Shown here one piece after another: positions 40,625 to 51,874 of a DNA stretch of 64,000 nucleotides. Under the pieces are notes generated by a model. That model was not told the origin of the DNA, did no database searches, and saw only the letters and a list, made by a program, of their open reading frames with translations. Made by a program: the position numbers and the translations under genes. Position 1 is the stretch's first letter. Each line of letters begins with the position of its first letter. Source of the DNA: Bacteroides sp. (lineage in GTDB: Bacteria > Bacillota > Clostridia > Oscillospirales > Acutalibacteraceae); contig JAMPEQ010000006.1 of assembly GCA_023665085.1 (NCBI GenBank), positions 79,495-143,494 on the forward strand, written 5' to 3'.

Positions 40625-40653
40625 TTGACTTTAAGGTAAAAATCTATTATCAT
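40625..40653 (+). promoter_or_regulatory. sigma-A promoter of the tRNA-Leu pair
   Basis: TTGACT-17 bp-TATCAT, ending about 11 nt before the first tRNA. Confidence 0.5.
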
Positions 40654-40664
40654 ATCTGTTGTAC

Positions 40665-40751
40665 GCTGGTGTGGCGAAATCGGCAGACGCAAGGGACTTA
40701 AAATCCCTCGGTGGCAACACCGTACCGGTTCAAGTCCGGTCACCAGCACCA
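40665..40751 (+). tRNA. tRNA-Leu (anticodon UAA)
   Basis: 7-bp acceptor stem GCTGGTG/CACCAGC. Anticodon loop CUUAAAA. Long type-II variable arm. T-arm GGTTCAAGTCC. Encoded CCA. Confidence 0.8.
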
Positions 40752-40791
40752 AAGGTGCAGTAGTTTTTCTTCTGCACCTTTATAAATAATT

Positions 40792-40878
40792 GCCGGCGTG
40801 ATGGAATTGGCAGACGTGCTGGACTCAAAATCCAGTCCTGGCAACAGGGTGCGGGTTCGACCCCCGCCGCCGGCACCA
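40792..40878 (+). tRNA. tRNA-Leu (anticodon CAA)
   Basis: Acceptor stem GCCGGCG/CGCCGGC. Anticodon loop CUCAAAA. Long variable arm. T-arm GGTTCGACCCC. Encoded CCA. Confidence 0.8.
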
Positions 40879-40918
40879 AAATTCAGCTGACTTCAATATA
40901 GTTCAGCTGAATTTTTAT
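40879..40918 (+). terminator. terminator after the tRNA-Leu genes
   Basis: AAATTCAGCTGA ... TCAGCTGAATTT stem followed by a T-run. A shorter hairpin, GGTGCAG...CTGCACC, lies between the two tRNAs. Confidence 0.6.
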
Positions 40919-40932
40919 ATCACAATTTAGAT

Positions 40933-40965
40933 ATACCCTGTCTTGTTTTTTATAAGACAGGGTAT
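40933..40965. terminator. 12-bp perfect hairpin downstream of the lipoprotein gene (minus strand)
   Basis: ATACCCTGTCTT-(10 nt)-AAGACAGGGTAT. Flanking A/T tracts are modest. Confidence 0.4.
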
Positions 40966-40975
40966 ATTCTTTATA

Positions 40976-42601
40976 TTATTCAGTTCGCGGTGGTTGATTA
41001 CTGTCTGGCTGTTTATCAGGTTTATTATCATGAGGATTAAAGTCGTCATTTTTTGGCATATTATCGTTCATAATATTATTTTTACGTTCAAACCTATTTT
41101 CGTCTTGGTAAGATATCTCACTCATTTTTATTGTTTTGCTCTGATTGCCTGCTTTTGCAATATAAGTACTTCCCTTTTCAATATCCTTTGAGCTGAACAC
41201 TACTGAATTATATTTCTTATCAGGTTTGACTGCAATTATTTTTTTGCTGTTATTATCTGTAAGAATAAATTCATCAGAAGTATCGTTTTCAAAATTTATT
41301 AACATTGAGCCTTGTGATGAATAGGAGCTGAAACCCTGAGCCATGCCGCTATATCCAAATGCAGCAATGGTTCCGCCGTTTATCTTTGCAGAAATACCGT
41401 AGTCCAATGCTCCATTACCGGAATTTTCTGCACCATACACAGTAATACTTCCGTTGTTTTGCTGTATATACCCGTTTGAATCTATTCCGTCACCGTCAGC
41501 GTCGACTATAATAACACCACCGCCAATATTAATATAACAGTTCTCGTCACTGTTAAACGGATTATTTTTATCTCTCATGTTCAAAGTATTTGATTTATTA
41601 TCAGTATTATTTGAATCAGATATGTTCTCATTATTACCACTGCTTGCATTTATACCATCATCTGATGATTTTATTTCAATATTTCCACCGTTTATTTCAA
41701 TTTTTTGTCCTTCAATACCTTCGTAGGATTTTATAATTTTAATATCACCGTTTTCGATAATTATATATCCGCTTGCATGTATTGCATCATCTTCACAATT
41801 TATTGAAAGACTTGTTTTTTGTATATAAATATTTCCTTTATCAGATTCGCTGTCGTTATCACAATGAACCGCATCCTTTGAAGATGTTAAATTAAGATTC
41901 CCTCCGGCGAAGGAAATACTGTCATTAGCTTTAATGGAATGCTTTGCAGATGTAATATTATAATTACCGTCTGTTATAACTAAATCATCATTGCAAACAA
42001 GACCATGACCATATTGGGAGCTTATAGTCAATTTACCTGTGCCGTTCATTGTGAGATCTTCTTTTGAATAAATTGTTCCGTCTGCCTTATTATCTTCACT
42101 TTTTTCAAATTCACCTGATACAGACAAAGAATTCTCGCTGTTATCAGCTAAAGTAATAAATACTTTTTTAGCCTTTTTTATGTTTATTGCAGAGGCCGTG
42201 CTGTTATTGATTTCAACACCGTTTAAAACTAACTGTATTTTATCAGTATCATCAGCATCAACTATTAGTGAACCATTAGTTAGTTTGCCATTTATAATGT
42301 ATGTTCCGGTATTTGTTATGGTAACATTATTATTATTTATTGATACTTTTGAATTATCACTTTCGCTGTTATTATCTGCCAATTTAATATTATAGATATT
42401 ATCGTCGTATTTTGCGGAAATATCTCTTTCGGTAAAAATATTTTCTTTATCAAGTGTCTTTGAAACGAGGGATATACTAAAGTCTTTTTCATCATTTTTG
42501 TCAATATTCTGCATAGGCTTTGTATCTTTACTGCAGCCGAAAGTTGATATAATTAACATAAAAACTAAACAGGTTATTGCAAGTATCTTAATTCTTTTCA
42601 T
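40976..42601 (-). CDS. secreted beta-helix-like lipoprotein, putative carbohydrate-binding (Cthe_2159/DUF4353-like), tentative
   Basis: Lipoprotein signal (FGCSKD). Repetitive N/G/T/S-rich segments of about 20-25 aa typical of parallel beta-helix surface proteins. Low-complexity Asp/Pro/Lys-rich C-terminus. Likely start is MKRIKIL. Confidence 0.4.
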   Translation of the reverse strand: MKRIKILAITCLVFMLIISTFGCSKDTKPMQNIDKNDEKDFSISLVSKTLDKENIFTERDISAKYDDNIYNIKLADNNSESDNSKVSINNNNVTITNTGTYIINGKLTNGSLIVDADDTDKIQLVLNGVEINNSTASAINIKKAKKVFITLADNSENSLSVSGEFEKSEDNKADGTIYSKEDLTMNGTGKLTISSQYGHGLVCNDDLVITDGNYNITSAKHSIKANDSISFAGGNLNLTSSKDAVHCDNDSESDKGNIYIQKTSLSINCEDDAIHASGYIIIENGDIKIIKSYEGIEGQKIEINGGNIEIKSSDDGINASSGNNENISDSNNTDNKSNTLNMRDKNNPFNSDENCYINIGGGVIIVDADGDGIDSNGYIQQNNGSITVYGAENSGNGALDYGISAKINGGTIAAFGYSGMAQGFSSYSSQGSMLINFENDTSDEFILTDNNSKKIIAVKPDKKYNSVVFSSKDIEKGSTYIAKAGNQSKTIKMSEISYQDENRFERKNNIMNDNMPKNDDFNPHDNKPDKQPDSNQPPRTE

Positions 42602-42728
42602 AATAACACTACTCCTTAGGAACTTAGTATCTTTTTTATCAATTTTGCTACATAATATCATGCAGATTATAATAAATAATGAACAGAATTATAATAATTT
42701 GCAATAAAGTATAAATGATTTATTAATT

Positions 42729-43313
42729 CTAGTATAGTCTATTTTTTAGCTTTTCATATATTTCTACAATTTTAAACTTTGGTGTATACTCACCTGAAAC
42801 TAAATCCATTTCATCGTCGCTAAGATAATCTGCCATTGACTGACTGCATCCTGAAAGACAAACTGATGGAAATATTATACACCACCAATTGTGACCATTC
42901 CCCTCACCTATTGTTATTTTTAACGAATTATAATTGCCGGCAGGAAGTATAAAATCGTCATACACTCTTGTGTTAAAAAATTCTTTTGTGACTTCGACAT
43001 TTGCAGTTTTATTACTGCCGTTATTTTTCAGACATTCATTTGCAAGATTTTCAAATAAATCTGTATTTTCATTAGCTATATCAAGATTATCTTCAAACGT
43101 GCTGCCGTTAAAAATGTCTGATGCATTTGTTAAAATATAATCTCTGACTATAAGCTTAAGATTCTGATCTTCACTGCTGTCACTGTTTGCAAGTATATGC
43201 AGTCTCAAAATTTTTTGATTTATACTTTCACTTGTTTTTATTGATGGCGTAATGATTGCCGCAGCGATTAATGTCATTATAAATATTGGTATAAAAATTT
43301 TTTTTAGTCTCAT
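42729..43313 (-). CDS. spoIIR: stage II sporulation protein R
   Basis: Signal/TM anchor followed by ILRLHILANSDSSEDQNLKLIVRDYIL, the SpoIIR signature RLHV.ANSD...LK..VRD. Confidence 0.8.
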   Translation of the reverse strand: MRLKKIFIPIFIMTLIAAAIITPSIKTSESINQKILRLHILANSDSSEDQNLKLIVRDYILTNASDIFNGSTFEDNLDIANENTDLFENLANECLKNNGSNKTANVEVTKEFFNTRVYDDFILPAGNYNSLKITIGEGNGHNWWCIIFPSVCLSGCSQSMADYLSDDEMDLVSGEYTPKFKIVEIYEKLKNRLY

Positions 43314-43365
43314 AAAAATAAAACCTGCCTTTCAGTAACTAGATTGTTGGCAGGTTTTTCTATTT
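43312..43365 (-). terminator. terminator after yigZ (minus strand), upstream of spoIIR
   Basis: AAACCTGCC ... GGCAGGTTT stem with a T-run on the minus strand. Confidence 0.55.
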
Positions 43366-43986
43366 TTATACTTTATCAAATTTTTCGCCTGTTTCGGTAA
43401 TTATATATTTTCCAAAACTGCTTTCGATGAGTTTTGAAGAAAAGCCATCAACTAAATCAAACTTCAAGCTGAATTCAATTGTGACTTTATCGGAAAAATC
43501 AGAGCTAATTATATTAGCCCCAAAATCGTTAAGAAGATTATTTAATTTATCATAAAAGCTGTAGTCAACTTCTGTTTTTAAAAGTTTGCATGGTGCCATG
43601 GTAATAATATTTCCGGCATTAACGGCAATTTTTGAGCCGTGGGAGTAGGCTCTGATAAGTCCTCCTGCACCGAGTAAAACTCCTCCGAAATATCTTGTGA
43701 CAACTACGCATACATCGACTAAATTTTCTTTCAGCAATACATCGAGTACGGGCACTCCCGCAGTACCGCTTGGTTCGCCGTCATCCGAAGAACGCTGAAT
43801 ATTATTTTCTCTAAGCACATATGCAGATACATTATGCGAAGCATCCCAGTGCTTAGATTTAATTGAATTTATAAAATCTGTTGCTTCCTGCTGAGTTTTG
43901 ACAGGTTTAACGTATCCGATAAATCTGGATTTTTTTTCAATAAATTCATCTTTATTTTCAAATTCTACAGTTTTATATTCCTTCAT
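43366..43986 (-). CDS. yigZ: IMPACT/YigZ family protein (UPF0029)
   Basis: HWDASHNVSAYVL ... GEPSGTAGVPVL motifs of the IMPACT N-domain, plus a DUF1949-like C-terminus. Confidence 0.7.
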   Translation of the reverse strand: MKEYKTVEFENKDEFIEKKSRFIGYVKPVKTQQEATDFINSIKSKHWDASHNVSAYVLRENNIQRSSDDGEPSGTAGVPVLDVLLKENLVDVCVVVTRYFGGVLLGAGGLIRAYSHGSKIAVNAGNIITMAPCKLLKTEVDYSFYDKLNNLLNDFGANIISSDFSDKVTIEFSLKFDLVDGFSSKLIESSFGKYIITETGEKFDKV

Positions 43987-44001
43987 AATTTCTCCAAAAC
44001 A

Positions 44002-44042
44002 TAAAAAAACAAGGCAACGACATCGTTGCCTTTGATTTTTTG
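44002..44042. terminator. bidirectional terminator downstream of rpmE
   Basis: AAGGCAACGA-CA-TCGTTGCCTT stem flanked by A-run and T-run. Confidence 0.65.
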
Positions 44043-44043
44043 A

Positions 44044-44247
44044 TTAGCCTTTTCTAGCATATCTTCTGTTGAATCTATCAACACGACCACCGGTATCAAC
44101 AAGCTTCTGCTTACCGGTGAAGAATGGATGACACTTTGAACAAATATCAACCTTTAATTCACTCTTAGTGCTTTTTGTCTCGAATGTATTACCACAAGCA
44201 CACTTAACAGTGCAGGTATCATAATTTGGATGAATTCCGTCTTTCAT
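44044..44247 (-). CDS. rpmE: 50S ribosomal protein L31
   Basis: MKDGIHPNY...CxC...[10 protein letters not shown] canonical L31. AGAGGTGA ribosome-binding site 6 nt before this ATG; the track N-terminus is an upstream extension. Confidence 0.85.
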   Translation of the reverse strand: MKDGIHPNYDTCTVKCACGNTFETKSTKSELKVDICSKCHPFFTGKQKLVDTGGRVDRFNRRYARKG

Positions 44248-44327
44248 TTCTTTCACCTCTTTACAAGTTATGTAATTCGTTTGATATATTACCATAATCG
44301 CCAATAAAATGCAAGTATTTTTTTTAA

Positions 44328-47300
44328 TTATTTATAATAACAAAGTTTACCAAGATAAAATGAATATAAAACAGCATCTTTTACAGGTTTACCTAATGCT
44401 TTTGAAACAGCCTTTTTATAAAATTGTATCTGTTTTTTGTAACTGTCTAAAAGTTCATCAGCGTTTTTTACACGGTCAGTTTTATAATCAAGCAGTACAA
44501 GTTCTCCGTTCTCTTCAAAAACACAGTCTGCTATGCCCTGCACCAGAACTTTATCATCAAATTCAACAGAATATATTTCTTTTGCAGATACAAATGATGA
44601 CAGTTTAAGCTCTCTATAAATTCTGTCAGAATCAAATATTCTTTTTGCAAAAGGACTGCTGAAGAATGTGCTTAATTTTTCTTTATCAAGGGAATCTGCC
44701 TGTTCGTAAGATAAAAATCCCGTTTCTCTCAAGCGCTCAATTTCACGTTCAAGATCACATCGGCTGTTATTATAGTCACAAAACTGCATAAATGTATGCA
44801 TTGCAGTTCCTCTTTGTGCAGGCGTGAGACCATTTTTATTCATAAATGCAGGTTTTGATGATGTAAGATATTCAAATCCGCTGTCAGCACTGTCAAGTGA
44901 TGAGGCTGTAAGCTTTGATGCAAATCCTTCAAGCTCTTTGCGCTCATATTTAAACTGAAGCTTTTTGTCAATTTTTTCAACGATATTTTTATCAGCATCA
45001 ACAAAGTCAAAAGATTCTTTGCTTGATAAAATTTCAATATCATTAATAATGTTTACAGACAAATCAAAATCAGCAGCAATAGGTTTAATAGGGCATGCTC
45101 CAAGCTCTCTCAGCTTTGTTCCGCCTTGATGAAGCATACCACACAAGGCAAGCAAATCTCCGTCTGACGATATTTTGCTGCAGGTATAAGGACTGATTCT
45201 GCCATTATCAAAATGTGTTACAGCGAGATTTGACAGCTTCTTTTCTGCGTTATCACAGCTGTAGAAAGTAATGAACTGTTCCTTTGCCCTAGTCATAGCC
45301 ACATAAAGTACTCTAAGATTTTCGCTGATAAGCTCATTGGCGGATTTATTTTTTACACAGATATAAGGAATTGTCTTATATTGGCAGAAATTTTCTTCAT
45401 CGTGAACCTTCATTCCTATGCCATACATATTATTAATTAAAAGTTTTTCACTTAAATCCTGCGTATTGTATCTTCTTGCTGATCCTGCAAGAATACAAAT
45501 AGGAAATTCAAGACCTTTTGAATGATGCACTGTCATAATAGTTACAGCATCATTATAGCTGCTTGACAAGGGTGCGGAGTCAACTGATTTACCAGAGCTA
45601 ATTATCTTGTCGATATATCTTATAAACGCAGTCAACCCGACATTAATTCCGCTGTCAAATGTGTTTGCAAAGGAAATCAGCTTAAGAATATTCTGATATC
45701 TTTGCTCAGCATTACCCATAGCATTTATATAAGATATTATTCCTTTATCTTCAATAATATATCGAATAAATCCTGCAACTGACATAGTAATGCTTATTTT
45801 ACGAAGCTCAGAAATATCTGTTAAAAAATTCTTTGCCTTTTCATTATCTGAAAGTAAAAGGGATTTGTACAGATTTTTTCCTTTGCTGTTAATTTTTATT
45901 TCAGCAAGATCATCAGCCGTGAAGCCGTAAATTGCAGACATAAGTGTTGCAAGGAGCGGAATATCCTGGGTAGGATTATCTATTGCTCTCAGTAATGATA
46001 AAATCATTCTGATTTCACTATTTTCAAAAAGGTTGGTAGAATTATCACAAATGAGTGGGATTCCGTAATCTGTCAGAACTTTAGAATATTCGTTAATATG
46101 GCTTTTAAGACTGCGCATCAAAATAGCGAAATCACCAAATTTTACCGGTCTTACGGTATCTCCGTCAGTTATTAATTCTTTGCTGTTAACTTTATCAAGA
46201 ATAAGCTTAGCAATTGCCGATGCTTCTTTTTTATCTGTTTCTTCTCCCTTAGCTCCTGTAACTATGTTTATCTGAGCTGATGCAACGGAAGTATCACCAT
46301 AAGCTGTTGAACCATAATTGAGATATTCGTCACAATCATAGTCCATCTCCCCTGTCCTTTCGCTCATTGTGTTTGAAAAAACAAAATTTACATATGAGCA
46401 TATTTCTTTACGGCTTCTGAAATTTTTATCAAGAATTATTTTTGAGCAGATTTCGGAATCATCCGGATTATAGCTTGCATATTCTTTCTTTTTTTTATTA
46501 AAAATATGCGGCATGGCAAGTCGGAATCGATAAATACTCTGCTTGATATCACCAACACAAAAAAGATTTTTTCCATTAGAAAGATAAGTAAAAAGTAAAT
46601 TTTGTGCCTCATTAGTATCCTGATATTCGTCAACAAGAATTTCATAGTATTCATCGGACATTGACTTTGCCAAATCCGATTTAACTATATTTCCCTGATC
46701 ATCAATTTTAAACAATAATTCGATTGCAAAATGTTCAATATCAGCAAAGGAATAAGCATTTCTTTCTTTCTTTTCATCTGCAATACGAGTATCGACCTCT
46801 TTAACCAGCTTGATGAGAGTCTCAAGCTGTCTGTAAAGAATTTTCATATCGTATTCATAATCTTCTTCGTCTGAGATTAAAAAGGCCGAAATATCGTCAA
46901 TTATACTTTTATATGTATCACGATTGCTTTTTATTGTGAAATAAATTTCAGGATCAGCTTTTTTTGAATAAGGAATACGGCTGAATTTTGGTTTATCAAT
47001 ATTTACCAGTTCATTCCATGAGTTATTTAATGCTCTGATATATTTTTGATAGATTGATAAATCATCATTAAAGCACATATAAAACTTATCATTAAGTTTA
47101 TCATCTTCAAATAAAATATTTTTTATATTTTCATTTATGAGAGATAAGCCATATTCTAAAAGATAGCTAATTTCACTGCTTAAGTAAGAATACCATTCCG
47201 ACTCATTGAAGCTTTTATTGGGATTATATCTTTCAAGTGCATTTTCAAGCCATTTATACGGAAAAGGCTGAGCATATATAAAAGTCAGAATTTTTTTTAC

Positions 47301-47831
47301 TATTTCTATTAATGTTTTGTCAGAATTTGGTGTTGTATATGCCTCAATCAGTTTAATGAAATTTTCATTACCGTTTTTGAAAAAATCATCAATGGTTTCT
47401 GAAATAACAGTATCCTCAAGCAGCTGCAGTTCACTGTCCTCAAGAGTTGAAAAATCCTGTGAAATGGATAGGTCGTAGAAATGCTCCTTTACAAGATTTG
47501 TGCAAAATGAATCAATAGTACATATTTTGGCTGAAGAAAGCAGTGAAAGCTGCTTTTTATAAAAATTATCATTTGGATTTTCATTTATGCATTTATTAAG
47601 AACCTTTGAAATTCTTGATTTCATTTCGGCAGCGGCAGCGTTAGTAAAGGTTACTATAAGCAGTCTGTCAAGTTCAACAGGATTTTCTTTATTTGTAACC
47701 AGCTCTTTAACACGCTCAACCAGTACAGCAGTTTTTCCGGAGCCTGCAGCAGCACTGACTAATATATTGCGGTTTCTTGCATTAATCGCATTCTGCTGTT
47801 GTGCTGTCCATTTAGTTTTCATTATCTGCAT
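44328..47831 (-). CDS. addA: ATP-dependent helicase/nuclease subunit A (AddA, UvrD-like helicase plus RecB nuclease)
   Basis: UvrD/Rep helicase motifs ([14 protein letters not shown] and others). C-terminal RecB-family nuclease (GxIDRxD-like GIADCVF...LLDYK). 1167 aa. Confidence 0.85.
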   Translation of the reverse strand: MQIMKTKWTAQQQNAINARNRNILVSAAAGSGKTAVLVERVKELVTNKENPVELDRLLIVTFTNAAAAEMKSRISKVLNKCINENPNDNFYKKQLSLLSSAKICTIDSFCTNLVKEHFYDLSISQDFSTLEDSELQLLEDTVISETIDDFFKNGNENFIKLIEAYTTPNSDKTLIEIVKKILTFIYAQPFPYKWLENALERYNPNKSFNESEWYSYLSSEISYLLEYGLSLINENIKNILFEDDKLNDKFYMCFNDDLSIYQKYIRALNNSWNELVNIDKPKFSRIPYSKKADPEIYFTIKSNRDTYKSIIDDISAFLISDEEDYEYDMKILYRQLETLIKLVKEVDTRIADEKKERNAYSFADIEHFAIELLFKIDDQGNIVKSDLAKSMSDEYYEILVDEYQDTNEAQNLLFTYLSNGKNLFCVGDIKQSIYRFRLAMPHIFNKKKKEYASYNPDDSEICSKIILDKNFRSRKEICSYVNFVFSNTMSERTGEMDYDCDEYLNYGSTAYGDTSVASAQINIVTGAKGEETDKKEASAIAKLILDKVNSKELITDGDTVRPVKFGDFAILMRSLKSHINEYSKVLTDYGIPLICDNSTNLFENSEIRMILSLLRAIDNPTQDIPLLATLMSAIYGFTADDLAEIKINSKGKNLYKSLLLSDNEKAKNFLTDISELRKISITMSVAGFIRYIIEDKGIISYINAMGNAEQRYQNILKLISFANTFDSGINVGLTAFIRYIDKIISSGKSVDSAPLSSSYNDAVTIMTVHHSKGLEFPICILAGSARRYNTQDLSEKLLINNMYGIGMKVHDEENFCQYKTIPYICVKNKSANELISENLRVLYVAMTRAKEQFITFYSCDNAEKKLSNLAVTHFDNGRISPYTCSKISSDGDLLALCGMLHQGGTKLRELGACPIKPIAADFDLSVNIINDIEILSSKESFDFVDADKNIVEKIDKKLQFKYERKELEGFASKLTASSLDSADSGFEYLTSSKPAFMNKNGLTPAQRGTAMHTFMQFCDYNNSRCDLEREIERLRETGFLSYEQADSLDKEKLSTFFSSPFAKRIFDSDRIYRELKLSSFVSAKEIYSVEFDDKVLVQGIADCVFEENGELVLLDYKTDRVKNADELLDSYKKQIQFYKKAVSKALGKPVKDAVLYSFYLGKLCYYK

Positions 47832-50800
47832 ACTCCTTTGCTAATATTTCTTTAACCTCACTATCAGTAAAATCCGGTGTAATTCTAAACTCAATATTAC
47901 GCTTTCCTGCACATACATCTGCATAGTCGCAATATTCGCAAGTCTTTTTGTGACTTTTATTTTTAACGGGATTTCTGCCGATATTTCCGCTGTGGAGAGC
48001 GTATCCCATCTGCGCAATAAGAGAATTAACTTTTTTATGAATTAATCCAAATTCTGCCAAGGAAGCAAGATTGCCTTTTAAATCACCGTTTCTTTTATAT
48101 TCAACCGGTATGTATTTTCCCATAAGCTCGTGCTCCATTGCGACAGCAATTTCTCCGTCATACTCATCAATGACAATACCCTTCATTTTGAAGGATTTGT
48201 CTTCTTCTGATGCTATCGAACTGTTGATTTCTGATTTTGAGTTAAAAGGAAAAATATCTCTTGATGCATGCATATAAAGAACGCCTGCAGGAATTCCTGT
48301 AAGTTCTGCATTATTATCCTCACACAGCGAAAACAAATATATGAACATTTGAAGATTAAGTCCATACATTATATCAGCGAGACTAAAGGTTTTGTTTCCT
48401 GATTTATAGTCAACGACTCTTACAAAAGTTTCGCCGTCTTTTTCAAAGGTATCAACACGATCAATTGAACCTCTGATCTGAATTGTTCCGCCGTCTTTAA
48501 GTTTGATAACTTCGGGTTTTACAGATCCATCCCTGTCAATATCAAGCTCAAAGGCTTTTGCTTCAAAATCACTTGTCTTAAATTCTTCAGCAAGATGATA
48601 TACAACACTGTATATAAGCTTAGAAAGTCTTTTAAAATTATAATTAAATCTTATTGCAATATCGTCGGCATTGCCAAGGTTATTTGACAGATAATAGCTG
48701 ATTAAATCATCAATTATTGTTTTTATTTCCGATTTGCTCATTAAAGAAAGCTTATTACTTCCGTATTTTGATAAAACCATTTCAAGAACATAGTGAATTA
48801 ATGTTCCTCTCTGCATAGGATCAATTTCGGCTTTATTTCTTGGAACAGCAGATAAGCCGAATTTACAGAAATATCTGAAAGGGCAGTTATAATAATCTTC
48901 TATTCTTGATGCTGATACATACATATCATAATCAAAAAGTTCTTTGGCTAAGTCTTGATTTTTTATACTTGCATCAAGATTTTCTGCCAGAGCTTTTACT
49001 GCACCGTATCTTTCGTGATTTTCAAAATATTTTTTTAGAGATGAATAAAATGCAGTATTTGTTAAATACCGCTCACTCATTAAATCAAAGGCGTTTGCTT
49101 TAGTTTCAATCAAATCCATATCCGTAAGATCGTTTATGCTGATTTCTTTAACATTACTTACAGAGTCTTTTACTGTAGAAATTATTTCTGACGGTGCATT
49201 TTCCTTACTGTTAGAAGTGTATGAAACAAAGAGTTTTTCTGTTGAGGATACACATGACATATAAGCAAAATATCTTTCCTGAATATTTAACAATTCGCTG
49301 TATGAATATAGCTTAAAATCATTCTCAAGAAGAATTTTTCTGTCACTCTCTGTTAAAATTCCGCCCAAACTAACATTTTTCGGGAATTCCCCCTCATTTG
49401 CACCTAAAATAAATGTGAATTTAGGATTGTCTGTTCTTATTCTGTCAGCCTGTCCTAATTGAACATTATCCATGCCCTCCGGAAGACTGCCTAAATCTTC
49501 TGATGAAATTACAAGGGTAAACAGCTTTGAGAAATCTTTTATGCTTATAGCTTCTTCTCCAAGCACTTTGGGCATAGTGTCAAGAATCGACATAACCATA
49601 TCCCATATTTTTCCTTGCTGGACAGCGAGAGCTGTTTTGTTAATTCTGCTTAGCTCTGATGCGTATTCTCTGAGTTTATCATCTACATTAAAGCAAATAA
49701 GCGTATTGTAAATTTCTTCGCTAATTTTTAATGCATTTGCACCCTTAATATTTTTTTTGAATGCAATTATAGGCGCAATAATTTTTTCTCTGGTATTATT
49801 TATTTTTTTTAGCTGTTCCTTGTCAGCACCGGTAATTTCATTTACAAAGCCTTTAGTAGAATTTTCAAAAGGCTTTTTCCATTTTGAACCATTAATATTC
49901 CATAAATATACATAATTTTCCAGATCATTAATATCATCAATACTGATATTTGTAAGCCCTGTTTTGGCAAGGCTCAAAATATCATCAGACTTTAAAGAAT
50001 AAACCACACATCTGAAAAGATATTCAATAAAAATAACTAACGGCTGTGTTTTAATAGGCTGTCTTTCGTCATAGAAAAAAGGAATTTCATATTTCTTAAA
50101 GCAATAGCTGAGCTCGTCACGGTATTTTTCTAAATCACTGGTAATTACTGCAATATCCTTTGCTCTGTTGCCATTACGCAGCAGAGTTCTGATCTGACGT
50201 GATACATTTGAGCATTCATCGGAAACTGATGATGCTCTGTAGATAGTGATGCTGTCATTATTTTCAGCCTGAAAATCAGCCTTGTCAAAAAAGTTTTTTT
50301 CAAGATTTAAAAGAGCTTTATCTGCAGTTCTGTAGTTTTTATCAAGTATATGGTATTTAACCTCAACATCTGCTTTTAAAGCAATTTTTTCAATGATTTT
50401 GGCAGAATTATTTACATATGAAAAGAGACTGTATGTATCATCCATATTTTTGCCGTCACTGCAAAGAGTAATTATTACTTCTTTAGCCTCGGCAATGATA
50501 AGCTCAAGCAATTTATATTCCTGTGCAACAAATCCATTAAAGCCGTCTATAAAAACATTTTTATTTTTAAAGTAGTTTTTATTTTTGATTTTTTCATATA
50601 GTCTTGTAAGATTGTCTGCAGGATCAAGATACCTGTTTTCAATAAGACTATCGTAGCTGTTCATTATAAGTGATATATCATTAAGCTTATTATTCAGTGA
50701 TACGTTATTTATATTTTCAGACTTGCTTTGAATTAAATCACCATTAAGATTACATGAACGCATTTCATCATAAATTTTAATCATTGAATTTACGAAAGTT

Positions 50801-51141
50801 AATGTATCAATCTTTTTGCTGAAAAGCTTAAATTTATTCTTACAATGATTTATAGCCTGCATCATTAATACAGCTTTGCTTCCTTTAGTTAATGATTTAA
50901 GCTGATCATAACCGTATTCTCTTGAAACCTCGTCAGCAATTCTGGTAAAAGATGAGTTGTTTACCATTGAAATTTTCTCTTCACCAAGCTCTGTTAAAAG
51001 TCTTCGTTCTGCAACAAGTGAGTATTGCTCAGGAGTAATGAGTAATACATTTTCATCATATTCCTTAACAATTTGATTTATATGTTTAAATACGTACTCA
51101 GTTTTTCCGTATCCGGATCTGCCTAAAACAATTTTGAGCAT
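47812..51141 (-). CDS. addB: ATP-dependent helicase/nuclease subunit B (AddB) with C-terminal Fe-S nuclease domain
   Basis: Degenerate N-terminal Walker A (GRSGYGKT). C-terminal nuclease with a Cys cluster (CPFRYFC...CEYCDYADVC). It overlaps the addA start. Confidence 0.85.
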   Translation of the reverse strand: MLKIVLGRSGYGKTEYVFKHINQIVKEYDENVLLITPEQYSLVAERRLLTELGEEKISMVNNSSFTRIADEVSREYGYDQLKSLTKGSKAVLMMQAINHCKNKFKLFSKKIDTLTFVNSMIKIYDEMRSCNLNGDLIQSKSENINNVSLNNKLNDISLIMNSYDSLIENRYLDPADNLTRLYEKIKNKNYFKNKNVFIDGFNGFVAQEYKLLELIIAEAKEVIITLCSDGKNMDDTYSLFSYVNNSAKIIEKIALKADVEVKYHILDKNYRTADKALLNLEKNFFDKADFQAENNDSITIYRASSVSDECSNVSRQIRTLLRNGNRAKDIAVITSDLEKYRDELSYCFKKYEIPFFYDERQPIKTQPLVIFIEYLFRCVVYSLKSDDILSLAKTGLTNISIDDINDLENYVYLWNINGSKWKKPFENSTKGFVNEITGADKEQLKKINNTREKIIAPIIAFKKNIKGANALKISEEIYNTLICFNVDDKLREYASELSRINKTALAVQQGKIWDMVMSILDTMPKVLGEEAISIKDFSKLFTLVISSEDLGSLPEGMDNVQLGQADRIRTDNPKFTFILGANEGEFPKNVSLGGILTESDRKILLENDFKLYSYSELLNIQERYFAYMSCVSSTEKLFVSYTSNSKENAPSEIISTVKDSVSNVKEISINDLTDMDLIETKANAFDLMSERYLTNTAFYSSLKKYFENHERYGAVKALAENLDASIKNQDLAKELFDYDMYVSASRIEDYYNCPFRYFCKFGLSAVPRNKAEIDPMQRGTLIHYVLEMVLSKYGSNKLSLMSKSEIKTIIDDLISYYLSNNLGNADDIAIRFNYNFKRLSKLIYSVVYHLAEEFKTSDFEAKAFELDIDRDGSVKPEVIKLKDGGTIQIRGSIDRVDTFEKDGETFVRVVDYKSGNKTFSLADIMYGLNLQMFIYLFSLCEDNNAELTGIPAGVLYMHASRDIFPFNSKSEINSSIASEEDKSFKMKGIVIDEYDGEIAVAMEHELMGKYIPVEYKRNGDLKGNLASLAEFGLIHKKVNSLIAQMGYALHSGNIGRNPVKNKSHKKTCEYCDYADVCAGKRNIEFRITPDFTDSEVKEILAKEYADNEN

Positions 51142-51151
51142 ATTATCACCA

Positions 51152-51874
51152 TTATCTGTTAAAATCCTCAGGCTTAATTAAACCTTTATTCATCATATTT
51201 TCATATGCTTCAATCAAAAATTCATACATTGGTCTTGCAATATCAAAAGCAAGCTTTAGTTCATCAATAAGTGCCGGTGTATTAATTCTGCTGAGATCGG
51301 TTGAATAGTATGAAAAAGAAATATCTTTAGCTTTCAAATAAGGCTTAAGCTCGTCAGGTGCATTTGGATATAGTTCTTTTTTGTATTCATTTCTGCATTC
51401 ACATACGAAGCCTGCCTCTTGGCAAGCTTTAACTGCATCAAGCCATCTGTCAGGATGCTTCAAAATCAGATTATGCACCTCTTTAAATGCAGCAGGCCGA
51501 TGAAGCCATAGAACTAAACCATAGCCAAAGCTGTTGGGGAAAAATTCAAAATAATAGAATGGTGCGGATGGATATTCATTTTTATATCTTCTAAAAAACA
51601 TCCACATATTTTCTCTGTACTTAATTTTATTTCTGTTTCCTCTTGTATCCCTGTATATTCTTGATACAGACCTTACAGGATCAGTAAGCATCTTATCATC
51701 AATATCGTACATCAGCTCACTTAAATCCAGCATAATCTGACGCATAGGAACAGTTATTCCCTGCTTAAGTTCTTCTTTGTGTTCTTCATAAAAAGCTCTA
51801 GAATCGTTGAATTTGTTTAAGCATAAAAGCTCTATACTTTCAGGTTTTATTCCTTTAAAATTGTAATCACTCAT
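51152..51874 (-). CDS. DUF2461/TIGR02453-like hypothetical protein
   Basis: N-terminal pattern F.G...E...L..L..N.SR.FYEEHK..Y...V..PM resembles the TIGR02453 family. Confidence 0.45.
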   Translation of the reverse strand: MSDYNFKGIKPESIELLCLNKFNDSRAFYEEHKEELKQGITVPMRQIMLDLSELMYDIDDKMLTDPVRSVSRIYRDTRGNRNKIKYRENMWMFFRRYKNEYPSAPFYYFEFFPNSFGYGLVLWLHRPAAFKEVHNLILKHPDRWLDAVKACQEAGFVCECRNEYKKELYPNAPDELKPYLKAKDISFSYYSTDLSRINTPALIDELKLAFDIARPMYEFLIEAYENMMNKGLIKPEDFNR

